From assembly GCA_014584465.1 (NCBI GenBank), contig JACTMU010000064.1, positions 5,395 to 69,394 of the forward strand: DNA of 64,000 bases. The letters run 5' to 3'. Every line of letters starts with the position of its first letter. The stretch's first letter is position 1. A program made the position numbers and the translations under genes. A model generated the notes under the pieces. The model searched no databases. It saw only the letters and a program-made list of their open reading frames with translations, and was not told the DNA's origin. Origin of the DNA: Pseudomonadota bacterium (GTDB taxonomy: Bacteria > Bdellovibrionota > Bdellovibrionia > Bdellovibrionales > JACTMU01). Positions 57,615 to 64,000 of this stretch are shown piece by piece.

Positions 57615-59168
57615 TTAAAGACCTCGCAATGCACTATTTTCTTTAAACCCAAAACCTGTGCTCCCTTTTCGGTCTCCCGTAAACTCAAGCATCTCAATTG
57701 CATGCTCACGATGGGCTGCTGGAATCACAAATCGATCATCAAATTTGGCGAGCGATGTGAGGTAGTAGATATCGTCACACTTCTCATATGTCAAATTGAC
57801 CCCTTTTAGAACCTCATCGACCTTTTTCTGATCAATGTCCCCGACTGTCTTCCATCGACGATAAATTCTCACGGCCATCAACTTTTGAAGGCGATCCTTC
57901 ACAGGAGCCTCATCTCCCGCACTGAAGAGGTTGGCCAAATACTTCATGGGCATTCGGGCCTGTTCAATGCTTCCAAAGAGCTCAGCCGTACTCGTATCGT
58001 AGAGCCACTGATCTTCCCAAATCTTTGTGATCGGTCCTGCCTTGGCAGCTTGATCCTTGTTGTTGATCTCCTTAACCGATGCCATCACTGGAAGAAGGGG
58101 TGGCACATAAAAGAGCATGGGGAGTGTTCGAAACTCAGGGTGCAGTGGAAGCGCAAGTCCCCACTCCTTCACAAACTTGTAGGTTGGCGAATATTGAGCC
58201 GCCTTAATGGTCGAATCGGCCACCCCGTTTTTCTTTGCCGCCTGAATCACAGCTGGATCAAAAGGATCTAAAATCATATCCAGTTGAGCTTTGACAAGAT
58301 CTTCCTCTTTGCAAGAGGCAACTTCGTGAATCTTATCTGCGTCGTAAAGCACCACACCCAAATATCGAATACGTCCGACACAGGAGTGCATACAGGCAGG
58401 CGCATGACCTGCCTCAAGTCGTGGGTAGCAGAGAATGCACTTCTCAGACTTCCCAGAGCTCCAATTGTAATAGGTCTTCTTGTATGGACATGCCGTTACA
58501 CACATCCTCCAAGCACGACATACGTTTTGGTTGATCAAAACAATGCCGTCTTCCCCTCTCTTGTAGATCGCTCCCGATGGACACGAGGCCACGCAGGCGG
58601 GATTCAAACAGTGGTTGCAAATTCGTGGAAGATAGTAAAACGCCAACCGCTCAAGCTGAAACATCGCCTCCTGCTCTGCCGCCGAAAGACCTTTGAGGTT
58701 GGGATCTTTTCGAGCGTAGTCAGGAGTTCCACTCATGTCATCATCCCAGTTGGGCCCCATCTTAATGTCGATTGGTTTACCCGTGATCATCGAAACAGGT
58801 CGAGCCGTCGGCTGATCTGGCATGTCGGGAGCCTCGATCAAATCAAGATATTTGTAGGTGAAAGGTTCGTAGTAATCATCGATTACTGGCATATGGGGAT
58901 TATGAAAAATATTCAAAAGACTCTTCTTATGCCCAGCGCCTCGCAGTTCGATCGAATCGCCACTCTTCTTCCAACCTCCCTGATAGACCTCCTGATCCTC
59001 CCACTTCGTGGGGTATCCGGTACCGGGTTTGGTTTCGACGTTGTTCCACCACATGTATTCGGCACCCTTACGATCGGTCCAAATGTTCTTACATGCAATC
59101 GAACAGGTGTGACAACCAATGCACTTATCTAGGTGAAAAATCATTGAGACTTGTGATCTGATATCCAT
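57615..59168 (-). CDS. narH: Respiratory nitrate reductase beta subunit
   Basis: LDKCIGCHTCS, YLPRICNHCLNPACVASCP, LHPEFRTLPM. Confidence 0.96.
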   Translation of the reverse strand: MDIRSQVSMIFHLDKCIGCHTCSIACKNIWTDRKGAEYMWWNNVETKPGTGYPTKWEDQEVYQGGWKKSGDSIELRGAGHKKSLLNIFHNPHMPVIDDYYEPFTYKYLDLIEAPDMPDQPTARPVSMITGKPIDIKMGPNWDDDMSGTPDYARKDPNLKGLSAAEQEAMFQLERLAFYYLPRICNHCLNPACVASCPSGAIYKRGEDGIVLINQNVCRAWRMCVTACPYKKTYYNWSSGKSEKCILCYPRLEAGHAPACMHSCVGRIRYLGVVLYDADKIHEVASCKEEDLVKAQLDMILDPFDPAVIQAAKKNGVADSTIKAAQYSPTYKFVKEWGLALPLHPEFRTLPMLFYVPPLLPVMASVKEINNKDQAAKAGPITKIWEDQWLYDTSTAELFGSIEQARMPMKYLANLFSAGDEAPVKDRLQKLMAVRIYRRWKTVGDIDQKKVDEVLKGVNLTYEKCDDIYYLTSLAKFDDRFVIPAAHREHAIEMLEFTGDRKGSTGFGFKENSALRGL

Positions 59169-59195
59169 ATTCGGCTCCCGCCCCCTTAGTCGTTA

Positions 59196-62100
59196 TTAAA
59201 ATACTACCTTACTCATCCTTTTAATGGTCACATGCGTATCTCGATTGGGCGCAATTGGTCCCCAATAGTTAAAGTGATACGAAAACTGTCCATAACCACC
59301 ACTCAAATAGTTGGGCTTCAAGTGAATACGTGTGAAGCTGTTATGGCCTCCAGCCCGCTTGTTACCTCGAACCTGAGACTTAGGTATCCCCGTGGTTCTC
59401 TCGGGTACGTGGTAAACAATGCAAACTCCCTTGGGAATTCGAGCACTCACCGAAGCTCTTGCGCAGTAAACTCCATGGTCATTGTAGACCTCAACCCAAT
59501 CGTTGTCCTTAATGCCAAGCTCTTCTGCATCTGGTTCGCTCATCCATACCGGCTCGCAACCTCGAGAGAGGGTCAACATGCGATGGTTTTCCATATAGGT
59601 CGAATGGATGTGCCACTTTCCATGAGGAGTAAGGCAATTGAGAACCTTGGCCTTTTCGCTCTTAAGGGTCTCTTTCAAATCGCCATAGAGCTCAGGCTTA
59701 GGTGACGGTTTGTAGGTCGGCAAATGCTCGCCATACCCCAAATACATCTCATGATCGAGATAAAAGTGCTGTCGTCCCGTGAGTGTTCGCCATGGCACCA
59801 ACTTCTCAACGTTGTAGGTGTAGGGTGCGTAGGCGCGCCCGTCATTCATCAAACCCGACCAAAGTGGCGAGGTGTTGTAACGACGAGGTTGCGCTTGAAG
59901 GTCTGCATAGCGAATCCACACATCTTCACTTCCCTTACCCAAATCAGCAAGAGTGAGCCCGGTCTTTTTTTCCATATTCTCATAGGCACGCACATTCAGT
60001 TTGCCATTTGTGAGAGTGGAGAGATGGAGAACCGCATCGGCAGCCCACTCATCTTCCTTCACAGAAGGATACTTCTTTCCATCGACCTTTTCCTTATGAA
60101 AATGGTTGGATTCAAGCATCTCATCGTAGGCATCTTCACACATGTAGTGGTTGCCATGAGCTCCAAGCCCCTTGCTCCTGATGTTCTCACCAAGTGCAAT
60201 GTACTTCTCATAAAGCTTGGTGTAGTCACGCTCTACAATCACCATTTTATGCATTGTTTTACCAGGAATAGCCTCGCACTCACCCAAATACCAATCCTTA
60301 ATGGTTGGCTGAGAGATCTCATCAGCTGAATCATGGGAGAGTGGCACATTCACCACATCCTTTTGAACACCATTCAAGTAGGTTTTTGCCAATTCCGAAG
60401 TCTTCTGCGCAAGATCACGGAAGATGTTCCAATCTGTTTTAGCCTCCCAAACCGGCGCCACAGCCTGTGACAGTGGGTGAATGAATGAGTGCAGATCCGT
60501 GCTGTTCAAATCAGCTTTTTCATACCAGGAGGCTGCAGGTAAAACGACGTCGGAATAGAGTGCAGACGAATCCATTCGGAAGTTGAGATCCACAATCAGA
60601 TCCATCTTGCCAAGTGGAGCTGTCTCATGCCACTTCACCTCTCGAGTTCGATCCTCGGAATCCTTCGCAATTGCGTTCGAATGGGTACCTAAGTAGTGCT
60701 TCAATGCATACTCGTGCCCCTTCATACTTCCCATGATCGCATTGCCACGCCAAATGTACCAAACCCTTGGAAAGTTCTCTTCTGCTTCTGGATCGGCGAC
60801 TGAATACTCAAGCTTCTTCGACTTGAGCTTTTCCAAAACATATTTCTTAATGGACTCCTCATCCTTAGCTCCACTCTTTTCAGCCTCTTTGGTGAGCTCA
60901 AGAGTGTTCTGCTTAAACTGAGGATAAAAGGGCATCCACCCTAATCGTACCGATTTGTAGATCTGATCGGCGGTATGCTGACTGGTCATCTCATTTTTAG
61001 GAACAGTGTTGTACTTTGAAAAATGTCCATCATAACGGTATTGACAAGTGTTGATGTAGTGCCAAAGAGGAGCTTGCTGAAGACGGATGGCGTTGTGCCA
61101 ATCCTTTCCAAAGGCAATGGAGCTCCACGAATCCATAGGAGCAAGTTTCTCCTGCCCTACATAGTGGTTGAGTCCTCCACCATTTTTCCCCACGCATCCA
61201 CAAAGCATGAGAGCCATAGCACCGGCCCGATACATCAAATTGGCATGATACCAGTGGTTGATACCTGCACCAATAATGATCATGCACTTTCCACCAGTGA
61301 TATTGGCCGTATTGGCCCACTCACGGGCAAATTGAAGAACCGTCTTCGAATCAACACCCGTAAAGATTTCCTGCCATGCAGGTGTGTAGGCCGCATCCCT
61401 ATCTGTGTAATCCTTCGGATAGTTCCCAGAGAGTCCTCGACTGACCCCGTACTGACCCATAATCAGATCGTAAACGGTCGTCACAGGAATCTTTCCCTTG
61501 ATGGTGTCCACGTGCTTCACAGGAACTCCGCGAAGCACTTTTCGATCAAGGCCATACTCTACAAATTCAGTTTGAAGTTCGGCCTCTTTACTCTTTAAAA
61601 AGGTCAATGCAGGATCAAAGGGCTTGAGGGTCACTGTACACTCAAGCTTCATATTCCAATTGCCAGGTTTACCCCAACGATCCCCCATCGCTCCCTTAGG
61701 GACCACGAAAGTTCCAGACTTTTCGTCGATATTTAAAAACTTCCACTCTCCATTTTCAATGTCCTTGAATTGAGAAAGCTCGTTGGCTCGAAGCAATCGA
61801 CCCGGAACGTAATGATCTCCCTGCTTTTCCAGTTTTACCAAAAACGGGCTATCAGAATACTGCTTTACATAGTCAATGAAGAAGGGGGTTTGCTTCTCAT
61901 GGTGAAACTCCTTGAGAATCACATGAGTTGCCGCCATCCAAAATGCACCGTCACTGCCGGCATGAAGGGGAACCCATTGGTCTGCATACTTACAAACCTG
62001 ACTGAAATCAGGTGAAAAGACCACCGCCTTTGTTCCATTGTGACGAGATTCCGCAAAAAAGTGACAATCAGGTGTTCGAGTCATGTTCAGACATGCTCCC

Positions 62101-62810
62101 ATGTCTGCAATCATCTTAGAATTGTACCAATCTGCACTTTCACAAACATCGGTCTGCTCACCCCATATCTCAGGGAATGCCGTAGGAAGGTCACAATACC
62201 AATCGTAAAAAGAGAGGTTGATCCCTCCAAAGAGCTGAAGGAATCGTGCCCCTGCTGCGTAACTCAACATCGACATCGCAGGAATCGGCGAAAATCCAAT
62301 CACGCGATCAGGTCCATATTTTGTCGCTGTGTAGAGGTTGGCGACGGCCATCATCTCAAGCACTTCATCCCACGAAGCTCTACGAAATCCACCCTTCCCT
62401 CGAGAAGTCTGATATTTACGACGGGCCTCCTTATTGGCCTGCAACGACTCCCATGCTTTGTAAGGATCGCCACCAACTTTGTTCTTCTCAGCACGAAACG
62501 CGTCGATCAATGCTCCCCGAACAAGTGGATATTTGATTCGAAGCGGACTGTAGAGGTACCATGAAAAGGAGATCCCTCGCTGACACCCACGGGGCTCATA
62601 CGGGGGAAGTTGATTTTCCAAAAGCGGATAATCTAACTGTTGAGTTTCCCAAACCACGATTCCATCCTTAACGTGAATCTGCCAGGAACAACCGCCCGTG
62701 CAGTTCACCCCATGGGTGCTTCTCACGATCCGATCATGCTGAAATCGATTGCGGTAGAACTCCTCCCACTTGCGCGTCTCTGGGGAAATGATGTCTTGTA
62801 TCCAACTCAT
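59196..62810 (-). CDS. narG: Respiratory nitrate reductase alpha subunit
   Basis: [35 protein letters not shown]; no Tat signal. Confidence 0.97.
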   Translation of the reverse strand: MSWIQDIISPETRKWEEFYRNRFQHDRIVRSTHGVNCTGGCSWQIHVKDGIVVWETQQLDYPLLENQLPPYEPRGCQRGISFSWYLYSPLRIKYPLVRGALIDAFRAEKNKVGGDPYKAWESLQANKEARRKYQTSRGKGGFRRASWDEVLEMMAVANLYTATKYGPDRVIGFSPIPAMSMLSYAAGARFLQLFGGINLSFYDWYCDLPTAFPEIWGEQTDVCESADWYNSKMIADMGACLNMTRTPDCHFFAESRHNGTKAVVFSPDFSQVCKYADQWVPLHAGSDGAFWMAATHVILKEFHHEKQTPFFIDYVKQYSDSPFLVKLEKQGDHYVPGRLLRANELSQFKDIENGEWKFLNIDEKSGTFVVPKGAMGDRWGKPGNWNMKLECTVTLKPFDPALTFLKSKEAELQTEFVEYGLDRKVLRGVPVKHVDTIKGKIPVTTVYDLIMGQYGVSRGLSGNYPKDYTDRDAAYTPAWQEIFTGVDSKTVLQFAREWANTANITGGKCMIIIGAGINHWYHANLMYRAGAMALMLCGCVGKNGGGLNHYVGQEKLAPMDSWSSIAFGKDWHNAIRLQQAPLWHYINTCQYRYDGHFSKYNTVPKNEMTSQHTADQIYKSVRLGWMPFYPQFKQNTLELTKEAEKSGAKDEESIKKYVLEKLKSKKLEYSVADPEAEENFPRVWYIWRGNAIMGSMKGHEYALKHYLGTHSNAIAKDSEDRTREVKWHETAPLGKMDLIVDLNFRMDSSALYSDVVLPAASWYEKADLNSTDLHSFIHPLSQAVAPVWEAKTDWNIFRDLAQKTSELAKTYLNGVQKDVVNVPLSHDSADEISQPTIKDWYLGECEAIPGKTMHKMVIVERDYTKLYEKYIALGENIRSKGLGAHGNHYMCEDAYDEMLESNHFHKEKVDGKKYPSVKEDEWAADAVLHLSTLTNGKLNVRAYENMEKKTGLTLADLGKGSEDVWIRYADLQAQPRRYNTSPLWSGLMNDGRAYAPYTYNVEKLVPWRTLTGRQHFYLDHEMYLGYGEHLPTYKPSPKPELYGDLKETLKSEKAKVLNCLTPHGKWHIHSTYMENHRMLTLSRGCEPVWMSEPDAEELGIKDNDWVEVYNDHGVYCARASVSARIPKGVCIVYHVPERTTGIPKSQVRGNKRAGGHNSFTRIHLKPNYLSGGYGQFSYHFNYWGPIAPNRDTHVTIKRMSKVVF

Positions 62811-63010
62811 GTTCTGCTCCTCTTCTTCCTATCCTCAAATGTATTCTTTATCTACACCTTTATCTTCTTTTATCTTTCCGATTTCTCTCTTGCAGTTTCA
62901 TTACTTCTTAACTCGGACCTATTTTGAGTGTGTCTTTTCCCTTGAAGGCCCAAATCTCAAAAGAACGTGGTTCAAACCCCGTTTACTCCGGGCTCTCAAC
63001 GTAGCTCAAT

Positions 63011-63901
63011 TCACTCACGCCAATCGGAACTGATTTCGGACTTCACTTGACGATCATAGATCTCTCGATTGATCGTACCTTTCTTTCTTCTTCCCCAGAT
63101 GGTTCCGAAGAGACCAAAAAGAACAACCAGACCACCAATCCCACCGCCCAGCATTTGCATTGCATAGTTTTTCGGCTGAACGGTCTCTTTGCTCACCTTT
63201 TCGAGGAAAGCCACAAGCGCAAAGCTCTCATCGTCCGAGATGGGTCCTTTGCGATAGGCATGCTTCATGGCCGGAAAGGGCAATCCTGACAAGACCCCCT
63301 TAATGCCCGTACCACCCAAGCGACCAAAGGCTCCGGTCAAATCAACGGCCAACTTACCTCCACCAAAAACCTCGGCGCCACTTGCCTCGTGACAAGAGTT
63401 GCAGGAGGGACCTCCATTCCCAAATCTCTGTATTCCTTGAAAGAGATCTCGACCACGAGCCACATCCTGATCCGTCGCAACCGGAGCTTCCATGGCTGGT
63501 TCTGCTGCCACTGGAGTACCCCCTCCCCCACCTGATGCCGTCTTGATATGGTTGATCACAGAGGCGATTTGAGCATCTGTAAAGGGCATGTCGGGCATAA
63601 CCATCTTCCCATACTCATCAAAGACCTTCACTGCATCAGCGTCTCCCGATGAAACCATAGATTGAGATGATTTGATGAACGATTGAAGCCAAGCCTGAGA
63701 ACGACGTTCGTGTACATTTTTCAGATCTGGACCAACCCGCCGCCCTTCCCCAATCGAATGACAAGCTGCACATGTTTGAGCAAAGATGGTCTCTCCCTCA
63801 TCTGCACTCAATGGTTCACTGAGAAGAGTCATCAAACTGAAAAATAGAATCGACGTGAATGAAAATAGGGACACAACTCTAAACGATCTTACATGGGTCA
63901 T
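63011..63901 (-). CDS. narC: Membrane-anchored diheme cytochrome c (NarC-like)
   Basis: Signal peptide, CAACH and CNSCH, C-terminal TM helix; first gene of the nar operon. Confidence 0.8.
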   Translation of the reverse strand: MTHVRSFRVVSLFSFTSILFFSLMTLLSEPLSADEGETIFAQTCAACHSIGEGRRVGPDLKNVHERRSQAWLQSFIKSSQSMVSSGDADAVKVFDEYGKMVMPDMPFTDAQIASVINHIKTASGGGGGTPVAAEPAMEAPVATDQDVARGRDLFQGIQRFGNGGPSCNSCHEASGAEVFGGGKLAVDLTGAFGRLGGTGIKGVLSGLPFPAMKHAYRKGPISDDESFALVAFLEKVSKETVQPKNYAMQMLGGGIGGLVVLFGLFGTIWGRRKKGTINREIYDRQVKSEISSDWRE

Positions 63902-63918
63902 GTGCTGCTCGTCTCCTC

Positions 63919-63950
63919 TTTGCAGTTCGAGTACGGTCCTTTACTGCAAA
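63919..63950. promoter_or_regulatory. Inverted repeat beside the narC RBS
   Basis: TTTGCAGT-N16-ACTGCAAA. Confidence 0.4.
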
Positions 63951-64000
63951 CATGAATGATGTTGTTGAACTGAAACTATTTGGTCTATAGCCGATAGACA

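Noticed and set aside
58284..59132. 282-aa plus-strand ORF and many other antisense ORFs in the track
   Set aside because: Shadows of well-supported genes (here narH), with no motifs or RBS
59196..62810. Nitrite oxidoreductase or periplasmic Nar
   Set aside because: No Tat signal; narI, narJ and narK context fits cytoplasm-facing Nar
1..64000. CRISPR array, prophage, IS, retron or DGR
   Set aside because: No regularly spaced repeats, transposase, integrase, reverse transcriptase or phage genes recognised by eye

Overview
Gene-dense bacterial chromosomal window, roughly 45-50% GC by eye. It is probably from Bdellovibrionota; this is inferred from a TIGR02147/DUF4423 HTH protein, an 'FQNC' lipoprotein signal, bacterial topoisomerase VI and an archaeal-type ProS. 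No rRNA, tRNA, CRISPR array, transposase or integrase was seen. In order, the window holds: an overlapping top6B-top6A-2x ArsA/Get3 ATPase-TPR lipoprotein-EI24/CysZ operon with an HNH gene upstream; an Hpt/FAD oxidase/NtrC-type regulator/CdsA-PlsC block; a low-GC hybrid kinase plus HD-GYP islet; prs-rplY-pth-ychF; a tandem class II diheme cytochrome c; ugd-uxs; mgtE; a nonsense-split alpha/beta-hydrolase lipoprotein; a nitrobindin-like gene; a TIGR02147 cassette with secreted proteins and a repeated TGCnGCAA operator-like motif; recO; proS; a 2-oxoacid dehydrogenase operon; sohB; a sigma54-preceded acidic lipoprotein; GT9-waaA-radical SAM; sigma28-preceded cheA-cheW; and a complete narC-G-H-J-I-K2-hemerythrin-K1::DoxX respiratory nitrate reductase cluster. 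The best candidates for undescribed biology are the Topo VI/Get3-pair operon, the NarK-DoxX fusion with hemerythrin, the TIGR02147 cassette and its operator, the LPS-linked radical SAM enzyme and the tandem class II cytochrome. All family calls come from motif recognition, not database searches.
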